Of a stretch of DNA of 64,000 bases, positions 1 through 12,283 are shown in pieces. The stretch lies in the NCBI RefSeq assembly GCF_006345805.1, contig NC_043010.1, forward strand, positions 60,388,001-60,452,000, written 5' to 3'. This DNA comes from Octopus sinensis. Lineage: Eukaryota. The notes below the pieces were generated by a model, which was not told the DNA's origin, did not search any database, and was given only the letters and a program-made list of their open reading frames with translations. Positions within the stretch are counted from its first letter, which is position 1, and the number at the start of each line of letters is the position of its first letter. Made by a program: the position numbers and the translations under genes.

Positions 1-1010
1 ATATCTTAGCTCTTAATATCAATAGCTCTTCTTCATTATACATTTTCCATTTATGAATATCTTATGTGTTTCCTTCAATAGGTAGTGTGATGATATCTAA
101 TATACCCAAAATATTAAAATTAGTTATTTGAAAGAACTATATTATACTGATCACCAAGTCCCAACTTAAAGTAATCTTTTCAGTACACATACTAAAATTC
201 ACTGTCAATTGTTACCTTTCATGAAAATTTTATATTTTGCCAAAACTACATCAATAAATTGACTATATTTTATGATACAAGCATTATCTTAACCTTGATC
301 TTTTGCTCAACAAGTCTAAAGTGTACCTTGCAACTAATAACTCTCATAGCTGTGGTGATACACAAACTTGCTTTGTTAGGAAACAAATTTAACAAACAAA
401 AATATTTTCATATCATCAACAAAATCTTCCTAATTGAAAATGCTAACTTTCATTTAAATCACGTTGTTGTTTCATCTTACCCTCTTTTTTGAGTATTCCA
501 ACTGCACTTCACCTATTTTAAATCCTTATTATTAAATCTATCTTCTAACTTCTCACCATCCATCATACTTCCTATCCTTAAATTTATAACAGTAAATGAA
601 TTATTTTTTTTTTATGAAGACTGAACATTTTTTCTCACGCTTTCATGTATCTCATTACCTACACAGAATTTATGTTACACATTAACCTCACACTAGAATT
701 ACTTTCTGTGCTTAGTTTTTGGAAGTAAATTAATATTTACATTTCAGCAGTATTGTTTGCTCATTCTTAGACACAACAATGAATGAAAACTGAAAAATAT
801 GATTCCATTTTCCATTTTTATAAATGGAAATAGAATACTTGTCTAGCCATGAAATTATAGTTCCAATATTTTATTTACATATTATATTCATGAATTCAAA
901 GAATACTAGCATGATAAAAATTATATTCATACTTAGAAATAAAAAAAGAGAACTATTCAGTGCCCATTGAACATGCAACCCATGTTTTCATTTAATATAT
1001 TTTACAAATA

Positions 1011-1323
1011 TGGCAGTGAGCTGGCAGAATCATTACCATGTGGGAAAATTGCTTAGCAGCATTTCTTCCAACTTTATGTTCGGAGTTCAAATGCTGCCAG
1101 GGTCAATTTTGGCTTTATAAGGCAGTGAACTGGCAGAATCATTAGCATGCCAAACAAAATGCTTAGTGGCTTTTTGTCCCTCTTTATGTTCCTATTCACT
1201 AAGGTCAACATTACCTTTCATTCTTTTGGGATCAATGGAAGAAGTACTAGTTGAACATTGGGGTTGATGTAATTAACATACCCACTTCCCCAAAATCGTT
1301 GGCCTCTCGTCAAAATTTGAAAC
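1011..1323 (+). mobile_element. tRNA-derived SINE, a partial copy followed by a near full-length copy
   Basis: ggcagtgagctggcagaatc...gttcaaa...ccttt cat..ttttgggatcaat..aagtactagttgaacattggggttgatgtaat...caaaatttgaaac; the same family recurs at about 11041, 25023, 27611, 43900, 58436, 58651 and 59288. Confidence 0.75.
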
Positions 1324-1510
1324 TGATATATGATATTACAAATAAAATTCAGCTAAAGTCAAATCTGTTATATTTGATAAATATATTTTGATAAAAGTCG
1401 TACTGTTTTTTTCTCTTTAGTTATACACTTAATATTTGCTGCATGTAGTCATCAATGAAAACATTGTTAAAAAATTTTTTCCATTTATCTCTCTTTTTTT
1501 TTTTTGTCAG

Positions 1511-1670
1511 AATTATAATAAAGATATGGTAGAGGACCGAGCTGAACAAAAATGTTATAATGATAGTATTATCACAGCAAACAACTTGAATGGCACTCTA
1601 CCCTCACATAAGGAACAGAACCGTGGGTGGAGTGATGGTGACATTACACATCAAGTATCTGGTATATCAG
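1511..1670 (+). CDS. Pcdh: Protocadherin unit 0, cytoplasmic exon (160 nt); the large exon lies upstream of the window
   Basis: tttttgtcag|AAT...TCAG|gtaatt; encodes NYNKDMVEDRAEQKCYNDSIITANNLNGTLPSHKEQNRGWSDGDITHQVSGIS; homologous to exons at 13956, 26603 and 43188 (same length and phases 0/1). Confidence 0.85.
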
Positions 1671-1961
1671 GTAATTATAAAAATAAATCAAAAATTCTTA
1701 TGAAGATGTTTTTAAAAAACTAAGTTAAATTGAATTGAATGATAAAAAATACTTTATTACTATAAATACAATAGTTTTTTGTTATCGTTTTGTAACAAAT
1801 AACATACTGAGAAATTATTATAAAGCATACAAATCTTTACAAAACTATTAAACAAATCCAATCAGAAAATAAATACTATCAGTGCATCAATTTCCTTATT
1901 TCCTCTTTCATATTGGTGCTTACATTGTCTAATATCACTTTAATATTTATATATTTTGCAG

Positions 1962-2041
1962 AATACAGCAACTATCACCCAAATATACCTCCAACACCAA
2001 AATGTAAACAAGAACAAGAAACCTATTTAGAGCCTGTATGA
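1962..2041 (+). CDS. Pcdh: Protocadherin unit 0, terminal coding exon
   Basis: ttttgcag|AATACAGC...; phase 1 matches the previous exon; (E)YSNYHPNIPPTPKCKQEQETYLEPV*; homologous to 16245, 27105 and 43621. Confidence 0.85.
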
Positions 2042-3164
2042 TGTACATTGTATTTACTTTACACTCATAACAATAAATGATATTTACTTCTCAGAACACA
2101 TAGAACAAACCAACAAATAATTTAGTATTTCACTCAAAATATTTAAATGTATTCATAATTATTAGATATATATTTATTATGATATTTGAATAGATTTCGG
2201 GAATTTATGTAGAAGTCATAAAACTGACATTAGTTTTATTGAAGCCTTTGCAGCATTGATAAAAACAAATATTAATATATCTTTCACACTGATTACCATT
2301 TTCATTTCAAGAATTTATATTTTCCACAAGTAATCAAACAGAGATGTCTTTAAGGTGCAAAATACATGATAACCTAGTTTCACTTCCTTAGTTATAACCA
2401 TCTTTCTTCAAAAATATCACTAAAGCCCATTTCTCTTTCTCTAGCCAAATCCTCGAATTTTATGCAGCTATATTTAGAGAGAATTACTATGGTCTCAAAC
2501 AGTAATGACATCAAAAGAGAAAGGGCTAATTACACATGCAGTAGCATTGAAAATCCTTCTCACTTTTCACCACCCCACTAGCCTCTCCCTCTTCTCTTCT
2601 CCCTTTCTCTGTGACATTGCAATGCCATATAACCAATTATTTTGTTTTTTGCAATAACTAAAACTTAAACAAAATTATTTAAGATTTGAAATTATTATTT
2701 CATTACAAAAATTCATATATAGATTTTTACTAAATTTTTAACATGAAAATAAACTCTTTTTAATAGTAAAATGATGATTCCTAACATAGGCACAGTTTCA
2801 AATTTGGTGGGAAGGATATAGATGATTAAATCAAACCTAGACTTGACAGGCCTATGCAGAATGAAAGACAAATCAACTTTGGCAAGATCTGAACTTAGAA
2901 AGAAAAAAACTGTAAGTAAATGCTGCAAGGCATTTTATCGAATATACTAATAATTCTTCAAGGCCATTGCCACCAATCTCAACAAAGTATTAAAAATGAA
3001 TAATATAAATTCGTTATATGATTATAATTTCATAACATTTCCTGCTCAATAGGTTTTCTTGTCAGAAGTAACACATTTTCAGTATTAAATTTTGGAGGAA
3101 TATACTCATACAAACAAAGAAAACACACAGCTATGGATATGCTTAAACACATACAACCACAATT

Positions 3165-3320
3165 CTCATCTAAGAGTTCTACTTCCTATCATCTGACTCA
3201 CAACAGCAGTTCATCAACATACAACTGTTATTGTGCTACTGCAGCAATAGTTGCTCTGGAACACTACAAGATGCATGACTGTAGTTTCATGTCGTGGGAA
3301 CAATGGATTAAACAATGAAG
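3165..3320 (+). promoter_or_regulatory. Putative promoter and 5' leader exon of Pcdh unit 1 (5' end approximate)
   Basis: TGACTCA at 3194-3200, followed by cagttcat; ends ggattaaacaatgaag|gtaaga; homologous blocks precede every unit; a matching acceptor tttgtag| sits at 7903, 22 nt before the ATG. Confidence 0.65.
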
Positions 3321-3653
3321 GTAAGATCTATTTGATTTATTTCTATTCAATGTCATTTTATTAGAAGACAAATGATATTCTAGACGAAAATAAGGATAAA
3401 AAGATATAGCAATCATTTTCACTATTACTAGGACCAGCAGTCAGAGGGAAGACATATTTCCATAGCAGTGGAAATAATTACAATCAAATAAGACAAATTT
3501 ACGTGAATATATGATGTTTCATATATTGCAATAGCACTTATACAGTGTTGATGTAAAGAAACTGGGTAGAATTAATTATTTAAAAAATGTTAAACAAGAT
3601 CTAATCTCTTGTAATATAAAATTTATTTTGAATAATAGCTTCTTTTATATAAA

Positions 3654-3654
<1 letters not shown>

Positions 3655-3729
<75 letters not shown>

Positions 3730-3853
3730 TGCATGTGCATGTCTGTACTTTTGTGTTTGTACTAGAAATAAACTGGAATAATACTTTTAATCCTATGATA
3801 AATTTCTCAAAAAATATTAAGCAATTTATGGAAATCAATGAGATATTTCATTG

Positions 3854-3902
<49 letters not shown>
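3655..3902. repeat. (GT)n(AT)n and (CA)n microsatellites
   Basis: Directly visible dinucleotide runs; another (GT)(AT) run at about 4198-4252. Confidence 0.9.
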
Positions 3903-3904
<2 letters not shown>

Positions 3905-4196
3905 GTGTATGCTTTAATAAATCAACATTCATATACAATATTTTTTTCGACTGAGGACTATAATGATTTTAACACAAAATATTTTTCTTAAGAGAATGAA
4001 CAGCACTTTCATTTTATATTTCATCATTCTATTTGTTTTATATATCCATTTTAAAAATACTAATTATAAGTTATCAAGACAATAAAATATATATCCATCT
4101 TATTTCTAAAATATTAATTTTTATTCAAACATTTATATAAATACATAAACATAAAATCATAATTATATGCATCTATATGTTGGAAATCCTTCGATT

Positions 4197-4255
<59 letters not shown>

Positions 4256-4706
4256 CAAATAGTGAGGGCTTATCAATCCAAGAAATATACTTCATAAGGT
4301 CTCTGTTGACACCCTTGGCTAACAAAATTAGTTAAATTAGTGAAGAACTCCAAGTAATCTTTTGGTAGGATTCCAAGCTATTATCCATCACAATTCTGTA
4401 TTATAAATCCATGGACGGCCTTCAAATAAATTGGTTTTTACAGAGTTATATATAAGAAGCAACTTAAAATAATAGTCATTACATATAATTCCTTTATTGA
4501 AACAAATTTGGCTCTGATAAAAGTAGCATTAATCTTTTTATGTCGTTCAATTTACTTCATTTGATAAATAGACCAATTGAGTAAACCTATCAGTAATGTA
4601 CCTACAATCACAACTGAAACAGCTGTAAGTCACATTTGCTCCAATAAAGGAATTATATGTGATGACCATTATTTGTAACTTGACTCTTATATATATATAT
4701 ATTATA

Positions 4707-5085
4707 GGTGCAGATATGGCTGTGTGGTAAGAAGCTTGCTTCCAAACCACATTGTCCCAGGTTCAGTCCTACTGTATGGCACCTTGGCAAGTAACTTCTA
4801 CTATAGCCCCAGGCCAACCAAAGCCTTGTGAGTGTATTTGGTTGATAGAAACTGAAAGAAGCCAGCCATGTGTAAGTGTGTGTGTGTGTCTGTATTTATA
4901 CTCCTCTCACTGTTTGACAACTGGTGTTGAGGTGTTTATGTCCTCATAACTTAGTGGTTCAGCAAAAGAAACTGTTAAAATAAGTACTAGGCTTAAAACA
5001 TAAGCTTTGGGATTAATTTGTTTGGCTAAAACCCTTCAAAGTGGTGCTCCAGCATGGCTGCAGTCAAATTACTGAAACAAGTAAA
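4707..5085 (+). mobile_element. tRNA-derived SINE, second family
   Basis: A-box-like tggctgtgtggtaag and B-box-like ggttcagtcc, then caccttggcaagt core; related copies at about 17255 (+) and 14380-14700 (-). Confidence 0.7.
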
Positions 5086-7925
5086 AGAATATATATCATG
5101 AATGAAAACACTACAAGAAAATGTGACTTGTACATGTATTTTCATCATCTACTTCACTTTAATAAAATTTCAGTTTTACAAAATAAGTATATTAAAAACT
5201 GTGTGTATCAGCAAACAACTTTTATCTTTAGATTCTAGGCCTAAATACCTCTCTGGTCTATAACTTCTTTGATACTGGTAATGACAAACAGTTTATAAAA
5301 AAATTAGGAAGCCACTGGACAACTGAAATTGCTGAATATGTTTAGCAATGTATAATGAAGGGCTTACTTTGAAGACCAGATGTATGAATTGGAATGACTT
5401 TTGAGTAATTGAGGAAACAACAACTTGAATATATCTGATTTTCATTGGAAGACTAAGATTTGCCCACTGGCTTCTATCACAGTTTGACTGAAAAAATTTC
5501 ACATGCATGAAGCCAGCAGCTTACAGATTGTGTTTTAATGATCATCAAGAAATCAACCAAATATGCACTTATACCGATTTTGAAAGTAAACTTCTTAGCA
5601 TGTCAGTGTGTGTTTATGCATATATATATATATATAGAGATATAGACACACACACACACATACGCACACACACACATGTATATATATAATACACATATTA
5701 TATGGGGAGGAATGATTAATTGATAACTAATTGTCATTTATTTATAAAAAATAAATGGCCATTGTCTCTAGCCTAGGGAAACTATACAATATATAATTGA
5801 AAATCACAGCATATACTTAAATTGTTTTTGAAAACTTGAAAATGAGAGAAATATGTTAAAATGGCACTAAAATATTTCCACTATTTGTCGTTGTAAGACA
5901 TTTAAGAACACATCACTGATTTAATATTACTTTAAATGGTTTGAGCAAGATTTCCAGGGAAATAACTCTTAACATAACCTATTTTAAGCAACAAACCTTT
6001 TTCGTATGGGTGGAAGATAGTAACCAGTTCACTCACAAAATGGGAAAATATTTCGATAATTCGATTTTCAACGTGTAAAAATTGCAATTCTGGAAGTTTT
6101 AATTTATTGTAATACAATGGAATAACTCATGTATGTATATGAGAATGGAAATGAGCTGACTATATATAAAATTTATAATTTATGGCAATTCATTCAAATA
6201 TCTTTAGATATATCTTATTATTCTATTGGGATATAATATGCCAAAATTTGCATTTAGTCTTTTAATGTTTTCTAATACATTTCATAAAATTGTAAATCAT
6301 AGTCCCACTATTTTAATCAGACAGTATCTCTTCCAGTTAGGCATCTTAACATGAATTTCATTTGTGTAGTAAATATTTTAGTATTTTGTTTCTTATTGCT
6401 ATAATAGATTAGCAAATCACATATTATTATTATTGCTACAGCCATATATTCATCGCTGCTGATTCAATCCATTTCAAAAGGCAAATGCCACAACAATCTT
6501 TTTTTTAATTTTCTTTTTGGCCATACAAATCAGACAGTTGGTATAACCTTCATAGACAATCCATGGCAGCAACTGTTTCAGCTCTAATCTAAAGAAAGTT
6601 AAGCAGATGACAAACACCATCCTTTAAAGCATGCTAATCTACATATCCCCATACTACTAAAGAGTTTCAGACAAACAACCAGAAATAGTTTTGCTAAAGC
6701 ATGTACAGCAAGTATTCAAACAAAGCATACTACCTTGGCCATCACTAACTGAAGGATGATTTTTACCACATAGTGACCATTACATCACAAAGAGTAAGTT
6801 AGGATTTCACAACCAAATAAATGGAGTCCATTTGTTGTTGAGAAGTATCTAAATTAGTTGCAGATGACATCTGGATGTTACAGATTACAGAGGAGAAAAA
6901 TGCATCATCATCTAAGTTGGATTGCATATAATTAAAAGTGAAAGGAAGAGGGTTGTTAATGCACAAAATATAGAGTTCTGTGAGACTTTCCTAGACTCTG
7001 AGTAACATTGGAGTTGGTAGAACGCATGTGTTCATCATTAGTGCAACTGTGTGAAAAACTTTTGGGAGTTGTGGGATTCAGTTGTGTAAAAGATATGAAG
7101 AATCATATCTAGGAAAATAATTCATTTGCTTATTTGTAGCAGATAACTCAGGGATAAAGAATGCTTGTTAACATTGGTGGTTAGAATGGAAGTGGCAGAA
7201 TTACTGTAACTTCAAGTACCAAAAGTTCTACTGTAAATTTATACAATGATATGAAAATCAAGGTGGCATTTGCAGTTTTACCTAATGATAAAACCAGTAG
7301 TCTTAAAACAATAGTAGCATGTTGTTCCTTTTTATCTGATATATTTAAGAGTTATAACAACAATATTACTATTTTGCAACAAAATTAGCATATTTTAAGC
7401 TAATATTACATACATTAAATATATCATGATATACAAAAATGTTCATTCATTAAATAGTTACTACTTTGTTGAAATTGTATTACACATACATTCATAACTA
7501 TTTCTCTCACCTATATTTTCTTATCACAATTATTTTCTTCTGACTCATATCCCAAATCTTATAGAAAGCACAGTGGCCATTCTTTATTTCTTATAAATTT
7601 AACTTGTAAATCTTCTATTTTTTTGTTTTTTTATTCTTCTTCAAACCACTGGCTTTTAAAAGTCCAAATCTACATTAAATTTTTTTACCAGAGTGCATGT
7701 GGGAAAGATTATCCCCACAATTGTTTATCTACTAACTATACTGCTGTGCACAAAATAGAGTAGATTTAAAAAATTTTTCTAACATCTAAAAACTATGTCT
7801 TGAAATGTGAGAATTAAAAGGATGCAATCACATTGTTATCTCTATCGTTATATTATTTATGATGATTTTGTATGATTCAAAAGTGAATATTTCTTATTTG
7901 TAGATATTAATCCCTTTGAAAAGTA

Positions 7926-10334
7926 ATGAAGATTGCAGCAATGACAAGGAATATCCTACTCTTATGTCTTGTATACATAGTTTTATCATCTGTTGAAACT
8001 ATAGACATAATTTACCATGTCAATGAAGAGGAGAGTCCTTACACCTATATAGGAGATATTGCTGCACACTCTAACTTATCACATTCTCTCAAACATCAAC
8101 AACAAACTCTCATTACATTTACACAACTACAGAGGAAAGTGTCAAGTGGCTCTCACTTATTCAATGTTACAAGAACTGGAAAACTATACACAACTCAAAC
8201 GCTAGATGCTGAGTCAATGTGTGCATACAACAAGGAATGTTCCAGAACAGTTAAAGTAGCAGTCAGAAAAGAAGAAACATTTGTAAAGGTAATAAAAATA
8301 AAAATAATCATAGAGGACATCAATGATCATCAACCAGAGTTCCCAGAGGATCAAATAAAATTAGAGTTTCGTGAAACTGATGGAAAAGGATCAACACAAA
8401 CAATATTAAATGCTGTGGATAAAGACATTAGTTTTCTTAATTCTAACATTACATACAGACTAAAAGATAAAAGTAAGAAGTTCTCACTATCCATTTTCAA
8501 AGACTTTGATGATCTTCCTGTACTTAAAATTACTCTGAAAGGAATGTTAGACAGAGAAGTGAAGGACAATTACATATTACAGCTGGTAGCCAAAGATGGA
8601 GGTTCTCCACCAAAAGAAAGCATTCTGAATATACAAATAGTTGTCATGGATATAAATGATCACAGACCTAAATTCTCACAAAAATCATTCAATATTTCCA
8701 TCAGCGATACACATCACATATCTTCTCCTGTTTTTATCTTGTCAGCTACAGATTTAGATTCAGGTAAAAATGGAGATATTACATATAACTATAGTCAGAG
8801 GACAAGTTCTTACACTAGAAAAAATTTCAAACTTTTGTCAAATGGAGAGATCTTCCTAAATGAGAATTTTTACAAAGATAAGCAACAAAAATATAAATTA
8901 TATTTTGAAGCAAAAGATAACGGAAAACCATCTTTAAGCTCTACAGTCATGTTAATTATTAATATCATTAACAATCAAAATAATGCTCCAACAATAAATA
9001 TAGATTTTGTATCTCCTTTAACAGAAAGCTCTACTTCTGTTTCAGAAGCAAGTAAAATTGGAAGCTTTATAGCTTATGTTATGGTCACTGACACTGATAG
9101 TGGACCTAATGGACAAATTAAATGTAATATTCACCATAAAATATTCCAGCTTTCTAATATGGGTTCTAAAGAATATAAAATATTGGTGAAAGAACCTCTG
9201 GACAGAGAAACTATAGACCATTATGTTGTGTCGATTGTATGTCATGACATGGGATCACCTCCATTAAAGACTAAGAAACAGTTCTCTGTCAAAGTGACTG
9301 ATGTCAATGATGTAGAACCACATTTTACCAAAGAGACATTCCAATTCCTCACCTATGAAAACCAGAAAGTTGATTTCCCTATTGGCTTCATCAATGCTAC
9401 AGACCCTGATCTTGGAGATGGAGGCCAACTTACATATTCTATCATCAATGATAACAACAATGATAACATTCCTTTCCAACTGACAAAATATGGATTTATT
9501 TCTACATCACAACCAATAGATCGAGAAGTGAAAGACATTTATAATTTACAGGTATTAGTCAAAGATAATGGAACACCTTCTTTGAATAACACTGCTAACA
9601 TTCTTATAGAGATTCTGGATAAAAATGACAATGCTCCATATTTTACGTTTCCTAATAATGACCCTTACAATCTAGATGTCCACTACCATCCACACAGTAA
9701 GAAGGACATCACAATTCTGAAAGCATCTGACAAAGACACTGGAAACAATGCTTTCCTCACATATGGAATACTGAGATCCAATGATAAAAAGCTGTTTACA
9801 GTGAACTCACACACTGGTGTGTTATCTTTCTCTCGCACAGTTTACCAAAATGATGCAGGAACATATGAGCTGCAGTTTATAGTGAAAGACGGTGGTACTC
9901 CAGTTCAGTCAGCAACAACTGCTATCATACTAACACTGTTTGTTAGTAATGATACATCTCCAATGTTGACTGCTATCCACTCACAGTCTGGTAACAATAT
10001 GAATATGACTTGGATAATTATCATTGTAGCAGCAGCTGTAATACTATCTGTAGCTATTGTAGTGTCAATAACACTATGTGTTTTCAGATGTATTAATCAC
10101 TTCAATAATTCACAAACAACAAAAAATAATCCAAAATTTCTCTCTCAGACTGAAATGAGGCAAATATTGTATCAGACTAATAATCCTGTTGCAATAACTC
10201 GGAATGCAGAAGAGATATTTAGCAGAAATCTTCAGTCAATAAACCCCAAAACTTCCTATTACCCAGAGATGGAACAGCCAGCCAATGAATGGAAATTCTC
10301 AACAACACCCAGAAAACTTCCACCAGTTCCACAG
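7926..10334 (+). CDS. Pcdh: Protocadherin unit 1, large exon: signal peptide, six cadherin repeats, TM (10011-10085), juxtamembrane region; 882 aa when spliced
   Basis: Cadherin motifs DINDHQPEF, LDRE, DxDxGxN, DVNDVEPHF and DKNDNAPYF; EC1 C-x5-C; hydrophobic WIIIIVAAAVILSVAIVVSITLCVF; phase-0 donor CCACAG|gtaaga after 803 codons. The symbol is family-level only. Confidence 0.95.
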
Positions 10335-12283
10335 GTAAGATATTTCAATATATAAGCAATGATAAGTATATAAGTAATCATTAAGATAATCAATCTCTAA
10401 TTAATCATATATATCCTAGAAAAAGTACTTTTTCTGTAGATATCTTTATGTAAGTAAATATAATTTATTTATAAATAGCTGAATAATTTTTGCTAAATCA
10501 ACAATTAACTGAATGATAAAAATTTTATGTAATTTTTCTTTTCTTTGACCTGGAAATAAATTGCCACTTACATTTAGAAGCCTCTCTTAGTAACAGAACT
10601 TTGTAAAACTGCTGCAACGAACAAAATTCAATACAATTTCAAAATTTGATTATCATTATTTTATATTTGATACACTGCATGCTACCTTGGGCAAGTATTT
10701 TCTTTCACAGCTTGTTGCTAAGTAATGCCTTATGAGTGAAATTTAGCTCATATAAACTATATGGAAACCTGGTGTGTGTATGTGTGTGCGTGTGCATGTG
10801 TGTGTTGTGTGTGCACACATGTTTGTATCTGTGTGCCTTTGTTTTGATACCATGCTGGGGTGAGATTGTATCTTCCATAAGCAAAACTTCTGGCAGAGGT
10901 TTGATATGCATAACGTACATTACTTGTAAAAGAGGTTTTGGCATCTGGAAAGATATCTGCCATTTAATCCTTACAAGCATATAAAAAAATGATTATGATC
11001 AGGAAAGCACCAAATTGTGCTTTATAGAAAGGCATCTGGGAAGGTGACAAACTGACAGAATTGTTGGAGCTTCGAAAGTGTTTTGCAGCATTTTTTCCAG
11101 TATTTACAATTTGATTTCAAATCTCAATGACGTTAATTATTCCTTTCATCCTTTTGGGATTGATAAGATAAAGTACCAGTCAAGTGTTGAGGTCATTAGT
11201 ATCAACTAACCAGCACCTTTCCTCAGAAATAGCTTGCCTTGTGCCAAAAGTAGAAACAATATAAATTATCTGGAATTTAAGGCATGATATAATTAGTGCC
11301 AAGTTGAAGATATTTGGAACATAGAGTAGCAAATTTTAAAGGCAAAGTATTGGCCGAGTTCAACAAGCAAACTGGGAAACATAGCATGATAAGTCTGAAC
11401 AGTCAGTAAAACCTGATTTGGTAATGGGTGAAATGGCACACCTGGGACACCAGTGATTAAAAGCCATACAAAATTGTAACTACTAGCCATAAACAAAAGT
11501 GTACTCCTTCATGTTCTAAGAAATATCAACGGATTATAACTTCAACACTTCAGGTCGATTAAATAAGTACAATTTATGCACTGGGGTCGATATAATCGAC
11601 TTAATCCATTTGTCTGTCCTTGTTTGTCCCCTCTGTGTGTGGTCCCTTTTTGGCAGTAAAGAAATAAGAAATATAGAAAAAATACCTGGAACTTAACTTC
11701 TCTTCATAGACAAAATAAATTCCATTTTGTGTAGTAATTTTTATATTTCTTGGTCTTAATGATAATTAGTCTCTTCCTTGTGGCTCAATGTGATGTTCAT
11801 AAAAGTACTTCAAATGAATAGGTAAAGTGGATATTTATATCCCATCATTGGTATTGCTTGGTGCTCTTATGTTGGCACTGAAGCACATATGCTCAGTTTA
11901 TTTGACAGTAAAACTAATAAGAGTAGAATGAGAATTGCTGGGGAATTTTGTATAATTTGATGGTTTAAATTGCCATAGTTGAATCCTTGGATCTTTACCT
12001 TTTGACCTACAGATTTAAAAAATAATTTTTTGTAACTAAACACTTTCAAACTTCGGACACTGGTAGAATGCGTCATATAAAATATTTTTTACTCTTAGCA
12101 TTTTTGAGAAAAACTTATATTTACGAAGTTATTTCACGCTAAAGTAGTCCTATTTTGGATTACTTTAACGTGTATTCTGCTGAATAAAAATTACGTGTAT
12201 TCAGCTGAATAAAATTACTGCCATTGTCTGTCAACAAGAACTTCCAGTGGTGTATTTTTCGTATGTCACTGTTATTTATGACA

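Noticed and set aside
1436-1723. Stand-alone small ORFs at 1436-1723 and 31920-32201
   Set aside because: They are Pcdh tail exons extended into intron sequence
3433-3452. CTCF-like site ccagcagtcagaggg
   Set aside because: Spacing does not fit the CTCF core, and the match is weaker in unit 2
6480-7300. Possible old retroelement
   Set aside because: The composition is suggestive but I could not read a convincing protein motif
9042-9538. Minus-strand ORFs repeated in all three genes (also 22653-23149 and 38780-39276)
   Set aside because: They are antisense shadows of the near-identical EC4-EC5 coding sequence, not independent genes
10335-10355. ORF-track C-termini VRYFNI, VCITV and VRYLFTIMLFR
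   Set aside because: They are read-through past conserved GT donors; the real tail is encoded by the downstream exons
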